From positions 1,223,890 through 1,287,889 of the forward strand of contig CBDBQD010000002.1 in the NCBI GenBank assembly GCA_965209115.1: a DNA stretch of 64,000 bases, in the 5' to 3' direction. Within the stretch, counting starts at the first letter, position 1. Every line of letters begins with the position of its first letter. Both the position numbers and the translations under genes were made by a program. Under the pieces are notes generated by a model that saw nothing but the letters and a program-made list of their open reading frames with translations, searched no databases and was not told the origin of the DNA. Below, piece by piece: positions 27,391-35,293 of the stretch. The DNA comes from Acidimicrobiales bacterium. GTDB lineage: Bacteria > Actinomycetota > Acidimicrobiia > Acidimicrobiales > CATQHL01.

Positions 27391-30210
27391 ATGGCTGACC
27401 ATGCCGCTGGCGGGTTGACGCCTGAGCAGGAGGCTCGGCAGGAGATCGACGCGCAGTTGGTGGCGTGCGGGTGGGTGGTGCAGGACCACAGGCACGCGGC
27501 GATTGCTGCCGCTCGTGGGGTGGCGGTACGAGAGGTGCCTACCGATGCCGGGCGCGCTGACTACGTCCTGTTCGTGGACCGCCAAGCGGTGGGCGTGATC
27601 GAGGCCAAGCCGGTTGGGACGACGTTGACCGGGGTGGAGTCGCAGACGCTGCGGTACAGGGTTTCATTCCCCGACGAGCTGCCCGCTGTCCTGGTTAAGG
27701 AGTCGTTGCCTTTCGGTTACGAGTCCACCGGTGTCGAGACCCGGTTCACCTGCGGGTTGGATCCGGTGCCGACGTCGCGGCGGGTGTTCGCATTTCACCG
27801 GCCCGAGACGATGGCTCGATGGATTGACGACCACATCGAGGCAAAGGCCGGCACGCTGCGCGCCGGGTTGCAACTGTTGCCCGATCTCGATCCCCGAGGG
27901 CTCTGGACCGCTCAGGCGGAGGCCATTCGGGGCTTGGAGGAGTCCCTACTAGCCAACCGCCCGCGGGCATTGATCCAGATGGCCACCGGCGCCGGCAAGA
28001 CGTTCACCGCTGTCAACGCCATCTACCGGCTTGTGCGTCACGCCGGGGCGCAGCGTGTGCTGTTCCTGGTGGATCGGGCGACCCTGGGCCGCCAGGCCGT
28101 GCGGGAGTTCGAGGGTTTCGACACGCCTGATGACGGCCGGAAGTTCACCGAGTTGTACAACGTGCGCCGGCTCACCTCCTCGCACCTCGACATGGCCGCC
28201 GAGGGCGCCACGAAGGTGCACGTCTCGACGATCCAGCGGCTGCACTCGCTACTGCGGGGCGAGGAGATCGACGAGGCCGTCGACGAGCAGTCCGGCTTCG
28301 AGGTGGCGCCCGAGCAGCCCGTGGAGGTGGTCTACAACCCGGCGGTGCCCGTCGAGTCCTACGACGTGATCGTCGTCGACGAGTGCCACCGCTCCATCTA
28401 CGGGGTGTGGCGGCAGGTGCTGGAGTACTTCGACGCTTTCCTGGTCGGCCTGACCGCCACGCCGGGCATCCAGACCTTCGCCTTCTTCGAGCAGAACCTC
28501 GTCACCGAGTACGGCCACGCCGAGGCGGTGGCGGACCGGGTGAACGTGGACTTCGACGTGTTCCGCATCCGCACCGAGATCACCGAGGGCGGCAGCACCG
28601 TGCCTGCTGGGTTCGTCACGGGGTTCCGGGACCGTCTGACCCGCTCTGAGCGCCTCGAGCGGATCGACGCAGAGGTGGATTGCGACGCCGCAGAGTTGGA
28701 TCGCAGGGTGGTGGCGACCGATCAGATCCGCACCATCACAGCGACGCTGCGGAACTCGCTGCCGACGATGTTCCCCGACCGCGAGCGACATACCAATGGG
28801 CGGCTGCGCCACATCCCCAAGACACTGATCTTCGCGAAGGACGACAGCCACGCCGACGACATCGTGCAGATGGTGCGGGCGGAGTTCGGCCTCGGCAACG
28901 AGGGGGCGGTGAAGATCACCTACCGTTCGGGCGATTCGGGTCACCGCCCCGAGGACCTGCTGGCGCAGTTCCGGAACTCCTATAGCCCTCGTATCGCGGT
29001 GACCGTGGACCTCATCGCGACCGGCACCGACGTGAAGTCCATCGAGTGCGTGGTGTTCATGCGGCGGGTGCGCAGCCGCAACTACTTCGAGCAGATGAAG
29101 GGGCGTGGTGTGCGGGTCATCGACCCCAATGACCTGCGGGCCGTGACGCCCGACGCCACCGTGAAGGACCGCTTCGTGCTCGTCGACGCCGTCGGCGTAA
29201 CCGACGACGATCTGCACGACACCGTCCCGCTGGAGCGTCAACGCCACGAGAGCTTCGACAAGCTGCTGAGCCGCATCGGCCTTGGCTCCACCGCCGAGGC
29301 CACAGTGTCGTCGGTGGCGTCACGCCTGGCCCGCCTCGACCAGCGGATGACCGCCGGCGACCGCGCGGAGGTGGAAGCGGTCGCCGGGATGAGCCTCAGC
29401 GCTTTGGCCCATCAACTGGTGGAGGCGCTCGACCCCGACCGGCACATCGAAGCCGCCGCCGAGGCCGTCGGCACCGATGATCCCTCCGTCGAGCAGGTCG
29501 CCGCCGCCCGAGAGAGGATCGTCCGCCAGGCCCTGGAGCCGCTGGCCGGCAACCCGGAGTTGCGGCAGAAGCTGATCGAGGTCCGCCGAAGCTACGAGCA
29601 GATGATCGACTCGGCCTCACCCGATACGGTCATCTCCGAAGGGTTCTCCGTCGACGCCACCGACAGGGCCCGCCGCCAAGTCGAGTCGTTCCGAAAGTTC
29701 ATCGACGAGAACCGCGACCAGATCACCGCCCTCCAGGTGCTCTATGGCCAACCCCGTGGCGGGTTCACCTATACCGACGTCAAGGAACTGGCCAACGCCA
29801 TCGCCCGCCCACCCCACCGCTGGACCACCGAGAACCTCTGGGTTGCCTACGAGACTCTCGATGCCAGCAAAGTCCGAGGTTCGGGACACCGGGTCAACAC
29901 CGACCTCGTCAGCCTCGTCCGATTCGCGCTCGGCCGAACCGATGAGTTGGTCGCCTATCCCGAGTTGGTGGATGAGCGCTTCGAGGCGTGGATCCAGCAG
30001 CAGCGAAACGCCGGGCGCACCCTCACCGACGAGCAGATCGAGTACCTCAGCCTGATCCGCGATCACCTCGCGGGGAGTCTCGCGATCGCTCCGCCCGATC
30101 TCCAGAACCCACCCTTCAGCACCCACGGCGGCCTCGGCCGAGCAAGACAGCTCTTCGGGGCTGAACTCACTTCGCTGATGGACGAACTGATGGAAGTGCT
30201 AGTGGCGTGA
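27391..30210 (+). CDS. hsdR: type I restriction enzyme R subunit
   Basis: 939 aa. N-terminal nuclease-type region GRADYVLFVDRQAVGVIEAK, helicase motif I QMATGAGKT, motif II VVDECHRS, and an EcoEI-R-like C-terminal domain. Confidence 0.9.
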   Translation: MADHAAGGLTPEQEARQEIDAQLVACGWVVQDHRHAAIAAARGVAVREVPTDAGRADYVLFVDRQAVGVIEAKPVGTTLTGVESQTLRYRVSFPDELPAVLVKESLPFGYESTGVETRFTCGLDPVPTSRRVFAFHRPETMARWIDDHIEAKAGTLRAGLQLLPDLDPRGLWTAQAEAIRGLEESLLANRPRALIQMATGAGKTFTAVNAIYRLVRHAGAQRVLFLVDRATLGRQAVREFEGFDTPDDGRKFTELYNVRRLTSSHLDMAAEGATKVHVSTIQRLHSLLRGEEIDEAVDEQSGFEVAPEQPVEVVYNPAVPVESYDVIVVDECHRSIYGVWRQVLEYFDAFLVGLTATPGIQTFAFFEQNLVTEYGHAEAVADRVNVDFDVFRIRTEITEGGSTVPAGFVTGFRDRLTRSERLERIDAEVDCDAAELDRRVVATDQIRTITATLRNSLPTMFPDRERHTNGRLRHIPKTLIFAKDDSHADDIVQMVRAEFGLGNEGAVKITYRSGDSGHRPEDLLAQFRNSYSPRIAVTVDLIATGTDVKSIECVVFMRRVRSRNYFEQMKGRGVRVIDPNDLRAVTPDATVKDRFVLVDAVGVTDDDLHDTVPLERQRHESFDKLLSRIGLGSTAEATVSSVASRLARLDQRMTAGDRAEVEAVAGMSLSALAHQLVEALDPDRHIEAAAEAVGTDDPSVEQVAAARERIVRQALEPLAGNPELRQKLIEVRRSYEQMIDSASPDTVISEGFSVDATDRARRQVESFRKFIDENRDQITALQVLYGQPRGGFTYTDVKELANAIARPPHRWTTENLWVAYETLDASKVRGSGHRVNTDLVSLVRFALGRTDELVAYPELVDERFEAWIQQQRNAGRTLTDEQIEYLSLIRDHLAGSLAIAPPDLQNPPFSTHGGLGRARQLFGAELTSLMDELMEVLVA

Positions 30211-31487
30211 GCGACGCGCTGCCCTCCGGCTGGACAACGGCCACCCTTGACAACGTGTCTCGGGTTGTCCTCGGACAGTCTCCCCCAGGCAGTAGCTACA
30301 ACGATCGCGGCGAAGGTATCCCGTTCTTTCAGGGAAAGGCTGAGTTCGGAGATCGATACCCGGTCATTCGGAAGTGGACCACGGAACCGAAGAAGATTGC
30401 GCCAAGGGGATCAGTCCTCGTATCGGTACGGGCCCCGGTCGGGCCAACCAATGTTGCGCCGGTCGACTGCGCGATCGGTCGGGGTCTCGCGGCCGTAGGA
30501 GCGCTTGGAGAGATCTCTTCCGAATACTTGCTCTGGGCGATGCGCCAATCAGCTTCCAACCTCATCAGTGAGGCGACTGGAAGCACCTTCGACGCGATTA
30601 CCGGCGACCAGTTGAGAGCACACAGTCTACGGATCGCTCCACTCGATGAACAGAAGCGGATCGTTGCTGCCATCGAGGAGCACTTCTCCCGCCTCGACGC
30701 TGCCGAGGCCACGCTGACGGCTGCAAGACGAAAGCTCGCCTCTCTTCGACGCTCTGCGGTTGCGCGACTGTTTGATCAATCTGACTGGACATGGACGACT
30801 CTCGGGGAGGTCGCCGAGATCAAGGGGGGTGTGACCAAGGACTCGAAACGTCAGAGCGATCCGAGCTACGTCGAGGTCCCATACCTACGAGTCGCAAATG
30901 TCCAGAGGGGCTACCTGGATCTCTCGGAGGTGTCGCGGATTCGTGTACGTCCCGCCAAGGCCGAACAACTTGCCCTTCGCACCGGTGACGTTCTGTTCAA
31001 CGAAGGCGGTGACCGCGACAAACTCGGCCGGGGCTGGGTCTGGGAAGGACAGATCGACGGCTGCATACATCAGAATCATGTGTTTCGCGCTCGATTGAGC
31101 AGTGGAGAGTTCGATCCGTACTTCGTGTCGGTGCACGGGAACACGTGGGGCCAGCGATGGTTCGAGACTCACGGGAAGCACACCACGAATCTCGCGACGC
31201 TCAACCTGACGACATTGAAGTCGTTCCCGGTCCCGGCGCCACCGCTCGTCGAGCAGCGCAAGGTTGTGGCCGAGTTCCAGTCAATCCGCAGGAGCGAGGA
31301 CCGCCTGCGCGCTGAGATCAGTCGGGCGGAGAGCCGCTCGGCCGCTCTGCGGCGTTCGATCCTCGCTGACGCCTTCTCCGGGCGACTCGTGCCGCAGGAT
31401 CCCGATGACGAGCCTGCGTCGGTGCTCCTCGAGCGCATCGCCGAGTCTCGGCCGGCGAAGCCGCCTCACCGGAGGACGCGATCGTGA
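30207..31487 (+). CDS. hsdS: type I restriction enzyme S (specificity) subunit
   Basis: 426 aa. Two target-recognition halves are separated by conserved helices (PLDEQKRIVAAIEEHFSRLD and PPLVEQRKVVAEFQSI). GTGA overlap with hsdR. Confidence 0.9.
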   Translation: MSDALPSGWTTATLDNVSRVVLGQSPPGSSYNDRGEGIPFFQGKAEFGDRYPVIRKWTTEPKKIAPRGSVLVSVRAPVGPTNVAPVDCAIGRGLAAVGALGEISSEYLLWAMRQSASNLISEATGSTFDAITGDQLRAHSLRIAPLDEQKRIVAAIEEHFSRLDAAEATLTAARRKLASLRRSAVARLFDQSDWTWTTLGEVAEIKGGVTKDSKRQSDPSYVEVPYLRVANVQRGYLDLSEVSRIRVRPAKAEQLALRTGDVLFNEGGDRDKLGRGWVWEGQIDGCIHQNHVFRARLSSGEFDPYFVSVHGNTWGQRWFETHGKHTTNLATLNLTTLKSFPVPAPPLVEQRKVVAEFQSIRRSEDRLRAEISRAESRSAALRRSILADAFSGRLVPQDPDDEPASVLLERIAESRPAKPPHRRTRS

Positions 31488-32941
31488 CCTCCGATCCGAA
31501 GGCGTTGGTGCAGAGGCTGTGGGATTTCTGCGACGTCCTGCGTGATGACGGGTTGTCGTACGGGGAGTACCTGGAGCAGCTCACCTATCTGCTGTTCTTG
31601 AAGATGGCCGACGAGCAGTTCGAGCAGCTCGGCGGGCAGCGGGTGGTGCCGGCGGGGTTCGGCTGGGCGTCGCTGTTGCGGCGCTCGGGCGTCGAGTTGG
31701 AGCAGCACTACAGCACGGTGCTCGAAGAGCTCGGCGCGGGCGAGGACATGCTGGGGGTGGTATTCGGGAAGGCGCGCAATCGGGTGCAGGATCCGGCGAA
31801 GCTGGAGCGGCTCATCAAGGAGTTCGTGGACCGCCACGAGTGGCTGAGCCTGGATGCCGATCTGAAGGGCGACGCCTACGAGGGACTGATCGAAAAGACC
31901 GCGCAGGAGGGCGCCCGCGGGGCGGGCCAGTACTTCACGCCCCGGGCGTTGATCTCGGCCATCGTCGACGTGATGCGGCCGGGCCCCGATGATCGCGTCT
32001 GCGACCCGGCGTGTGGCACCGGCGGCTTCTTCCTCGGCGCCTACCAGTCGATCCTCCAGCGCTTCCCGCACCTGGAGCCGCACCAGACGGCGCACCTGCG
32101 GTCGGGGGCGTTCACGGGTTGGGAGATCGCGGATCTGCCGGCGCGGCTGTGCGCCATGAATCTGCTGCTGCACGGCATCGAGAGCCCCGAGTCAGACTCG
32201 CCGATCCGCGTCGACGACGCGCTGCGGGACTCTCCGAGCGCCCGCTTCGACATGGTGCTCACGAACCCGCCGTTCGGGCGGTCCTCCTCGGATAGCTACG
32301 AGCGGGAGGACTTCTGGGCCGCCACCCGCAACAAGCAACTCAACTTCGTGCAGCACATCGCCGGCCTGCTTCGCATCGACGGCACCGCGGCGGTGGTGGT
32401 GCCCGACAACGTGCTGTTCGAGGCCGGCGCCGGCGAGACGATCCGCCGCCGCCTGCTGGCTGACTGCGAGGTCCACACCCTGCTGCGCCTGCCGACGGGC
32501 ATCTTTTACGCCCAGGGCGTCAAGGCCAACGTCTTGTTCTTCCGCCGCCGCCCCGGCGCCGAGGCGGCCTGGACCCGCGAGCTGTGGGTCTACGACCTGC
32601 GCACCAACAAGCACTTCACCCGCAAGCAGAACCCCCTGCGCCGCGCCGACCTCGACGACTTCGTGACCTGCTACCGCCCCGACGAGTTCCACCGCCGCGA
32701 GGAGTCCGAACGCTTCAAGCGCTTCACCTACGAGGAACTGCTGGCCCGCGACAAGGTCAGCCTCGACATCTTCTGGCTCCGCGACGACAGCCTCACCGAC
32801 ACCGACGACCTCCCACCCCCCGCCGTCCTCGCCGCCGAGATCGCCGAAGACCTCCAAGCCGCCCTAGAAGAAATCCAAACCCTCGCCGACTCCCTGGCAG
32901 CCACCGAAATCGCGTCGGGCGGGGAGCAGACCGGAGACTGA
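31484..32941 (+). CDS. hsdM: type I restriction enzyme M subunit (N6-adenine methyltransferase)
   Basis: 485 aa. N-terminal LWDFCDVLRDDGLSYGEYLEQLTYLLFLKM, motif I DPACGTGGF, catalytic NPPFG. GTGA overlap with hsdS. Confidence 0.9.
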   Translation: MTSDPKALVQRLWDFCDVLRDDGLSYGEYLEQLTYLLFLKMADEQFEQLGGQRVVPAGFGWASLLRRSGVELEQHYSTVLEELGAGEDMLGVVFGKARNRVQDPAKLERLIKEFVDRHEWLSLDADLKGDAYEGLIEKTAQEGARGAGQYFTPRALISAIVDVMRPGPDDRVCDPACGTGGFFLGAYQSILQRFPHLEPHQTAHLRSGAFTGWEIADLPARLCAMNLLLHGIESPESDSPIRVDDALRDSPSARFDMVLTNPPFGRSSSDSYEREDFWAATRNKQLNFVQHIAGLLRIDGTAAVVVPDNVLFEAGAGETIRRRLLADCEVHTLLRLPTGIFYAQGVKANVLFFRRRPGAEAAWTRELWVYDLRTNKHFTRKQNPLRRADLDDFVTCYRPDEFHRREESERFKRFTYEELLARDKVSLDIFWLRDDSLTDTDDLPPPAVLAAEIAEDLQAALEEIQTLADSLAATEIASGGEQTGD

Positions 32942-32980
32942 CAGGACCCCGATTCACGGCGCTGCAACGCGGAGGCCGAC

Positions 32981-33190
32981 TTGGCGGCGCTGGCGGGCAG
33001 CGGTAAGGCTGTCGCACCCCGTTCCTACGATCGGGATCGTGAATAGTCGAGCCGGGAAGAAGGGCATGGCCGACCGTTCGGGCATCGAGTGGACCGAGAC
33101 GACGTGGAACCCGACCACGGGTTGTGACCGCACGTCTCCGGGGTGCGACAACTGCTACGCGCTCGCGCTCGCCAAGCGGCTCAAGGCCAT
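32981..33190 (+). repeat. intact counterpart of the diverged direct repeat at 23511-23712
   Basis: Covers the leader plus the 5' coding region of the DUF5131 gene. By eye it is roughly 70-95% identical to the left copy, depending on the sub-segment. Confidence 0.75.
33001..33035 (+). promoter_or_regulatory. conserved 35-nt leader element, copy 2
   Basis: cggtaaggctgtcgcaccccgttcctacgatcggg. Matches copy 1 at 33 of 35 positions and lies 30-60 nt upstream of the DUF5131 start candidates. Confidence 0.35.
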
Positions 33191-33818
33191 GGGTCAGCCC
33201 AAATATCGCAATGACGGAGACCCCCGCACCAGCGGCCCCGGCTTCGCGCTGACCCTCCATCCCGACACCCTGGACGTCCCCTACACGTGGCGGTCGCCGC
33301 GGCTGGTCTTCGTCAACTCGATGAGCGATCTCTTCCACCCCGACGTGCCGCTGGACTTCATCCGCCGCGTGTTCGAGGTGATGGCTGACACGCCGCAGCA
33401 CACCTACCAGATCCTCACCAAGCGCTCCCGACGGCTGCGCAACCTCTCCGAGGGCCTCGACTGGCCCGACAACGTCTGGATGGGCGTCAGCGTCGAGACC
33501 GAGCGCTACGCCTTCCGCATCGACCACCTCCGCCAAGTCGGCGCCAAAGTCCGCTTCCTCAGCGCCGAACCCCTGCTCGGAGCGCTCCCCGACCTCGATC
33601 TCACCGGCATCGACTGGCTGATCGCCGGCGGCGAGAGCGGCCCCGGTGCCCGGCGCATGGAGGAGGAGTGGGTCCGCGACCTCCGCGACCAGTGCGGATC
33701 CGCCGGCGTCGCCTTCTTCTTCAAGCAATGGGGAGGCCGAACCCCCAAAGCCAACGGCCGCGACCTCGACGGCAAACACCACGACGAGATGCCACAGCGC
33801 TACTTCGCCTTCACATGA
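33039..33818 (+). CDS. DUF5131 / phage Gp37-Gp68 family protein (three-Cys motif)
   Basis: Family hallmarks: IEWTETTWNPTTGCDRTSPGCDNCYA (Cx6CxxC), FVNSMSDLFH, ILTKR, LSAEPLL, IAGGESGPGARRM, FFFKQWGG. ATG 33066 (MADRSG) is an alternative start. Confidence 0.85.
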   Translation: MNSRAGKKGMADRSGIEWTETTWNPTTGCDRTSPGCDNCYALALAKRLKAMGQPKYRNDGDPRTSGPGFALTLHPDTLDVPYTWRSPRLVFVNSMSDLFHPDVPLDFIRRVFEVMADTPQHTYQILTKRSRRLRNLSEGLDWPDNVWMGVSVETERYAFRIDHLRQVGAKVRFLSAEPLLGALPDLDLTGIDWLIAGGESGPGARRMEEEWVRDLRDQCGSAGVAFFFKQWGGRTPKANGRDLDGKHHDEMPQRYFAFT

Positions 33819-34894
33819 CTTCACGCCTGGAGGGGTGGGACTGGTGGTCTGAGGCGAAGCTCCAAGTCTTGGCGGACTACTTGCAGGCGTTCACTCGAGT
33901 CGTCCGAGGCGGATCGGAGGAAGCCATCTACCTCGATCTGTTCGCCGGCAGCTTCGAAAACGACCGGCGCCACGGCACGGGCACCTTCGCGGGCTCGACT
34001 CAGATTGCCCTCCGCACCGAACCGAGGTTCACAAAGCTGGTGTTCTTCGAGTTGCCGGATAGAGCCGCCCGCCTCCGCGCCGACATCCAACAGGCTCGAC
34101 CCTCGGACCATCGCTGGCGCGTCAAGGCGGGCGACTGTAACGAAACGTTGCCATCGGCGCTCTCGATGCTCAGACAGGTCCGGTGGGCGCCAACCTTCGC
34201 GTTCCTGGATCCCCGCGGTCTGCAGGTCGAGTGGAGCACTGTCCGAACCCTCGCCGACTGGCGGCGCGACAAGAAAACGAAGGTGGAGCAATGGATTCTG
34301 ATGCCAGAGCCGGCGATCGCCCGTGTACTCGGCCTACGCGGCGTGCAAGGAACACGCAGCGCAGAGCGTCTGGATCGGCTCTTCGGTTCCCGTGATTGGC
34401 TTCCGATCCACCAGGGCCGGCGGAGCGGCGCACTCACGCCAGAGGACATGCGTGCTGAGTTCGTCAACCTCTACCGGTGGCGGCTCGAGAAGGTGCTCGG
34501 CTACCGCACCACCCACGCGCTCCAGATTGTGGCCACGGGTGGCCAACCCGTCTACACGCTCATCTTCGCCACAGACTCCCCACCTGGCGACGCCATCATG
34601 GGGTATCTCTACAACTCCGCCGCGACCGCGACGATCCCCGCGATGCAAGCGCGGGCCAAGGTCGCTCGACAGCATCGTCGCGACGACGACGCCGGAGTCC
34701 TCCGATTGCCGGGCCTAGACGAATACGAGTTGGCGACTGCCGTGCCTGAGCAGCGTACGTACGAGCATGAGCTGCCTTGGGAGCCCGAGCCGATAGTCGA
34801 CGACACATTCGAACTCGACAGGGACGAACCGGACATTGACCCAGACGACATCAAGTGGAACAGCGAGTTCGACGACCACAATGAGGACACGTAG
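33815..34894 (+). CDS. three-Cys-motif partner protein TcmP-like
   Basis: ATG 33815 overlaps the DUF5131 stop (ATGA). Reads WDWWSEAKLQVLADYLQAFTRV..IYLDLFAGSF....FAFLDPRGL, followed by a very acidic C-terminal tail. Confidence 0.7.
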   Translation: MTSRLEGWDWWSEAKLQVLADYLQAFTRVVRGGSEEAIYLDLFAGSFENDRRHGTGTFAGSTQIALRTEPRFTKLVFFELPDRAARLRADIQQARPSDHRWRVKAGDCNETLPSALSMLRQVRWAPTFAFLDPRGLQVEWSTVRTLADWRRDKKTKVEQWILMPEPAIARVLGLRGVQGTRSAERLDRLFGSRDWLPIHQGRRSGALTPEDMRAEFVNLYRWRLEKVLGYRTTHALQIVATGGQPVYTLIFATDSPPGDAIMGYLYNSAATATIPAMQARAKVARQHRRDDDAGVLRLPGLDEYELATAVPEQRTYEHELPWEPEPIVDDTFELDRDEPDIDPDDIKWNSEFDDHNEDT

Positions 34895-35256
34895 GCCGAA
34901 TTCAATGGATCGCTCCATTCGTACGAGTCCGCGCGCCTCCCTTGAACTGGAAGCGCTGAGCGAGGATCCTGACACCGAATCCGGCAGTGGCGAAGTCGCT
35001 ACAGCGCGCTTAGGTGGTTTACATCTGTTCGACTTTCCCGCAGCGCACACGGTGGACGCCGCACCGAGTCGGAGACAACCCCAACCGGGTCAGTTCGGAG
35101 TCGGTGATCGGGACGGGGTGCGGCACTTGGCCCTCATCGTCTCGTCTGCTACGACCGATCGACACACGCTCGATCGAGGTGGCCACCGCCATACCGAGCC
35201 AACATGCGACCGGTGGTCCCCTCGCCACCATCTCCCGGAGTCAAGCGAGGGTGGAG

Positions 35257-35285
35257 TTCAAGGGCAGTTCAGTCACGGCTATTCT
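35257..35285 (+). promoter_or_regulatory. sigma-70-like promoter, probably giving a leaderless or near-leaderless transcript
   Basis: TTCAAG (35257-35262), a 17-nt spacer, then TATTCT (35280-35285). The -10 element ends 8 nt before ATG 35294, and no Shine-Dalgarno sequence is visible. Confidence 0.35.
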
Positions 35286-35293
35286 CATTTGGC

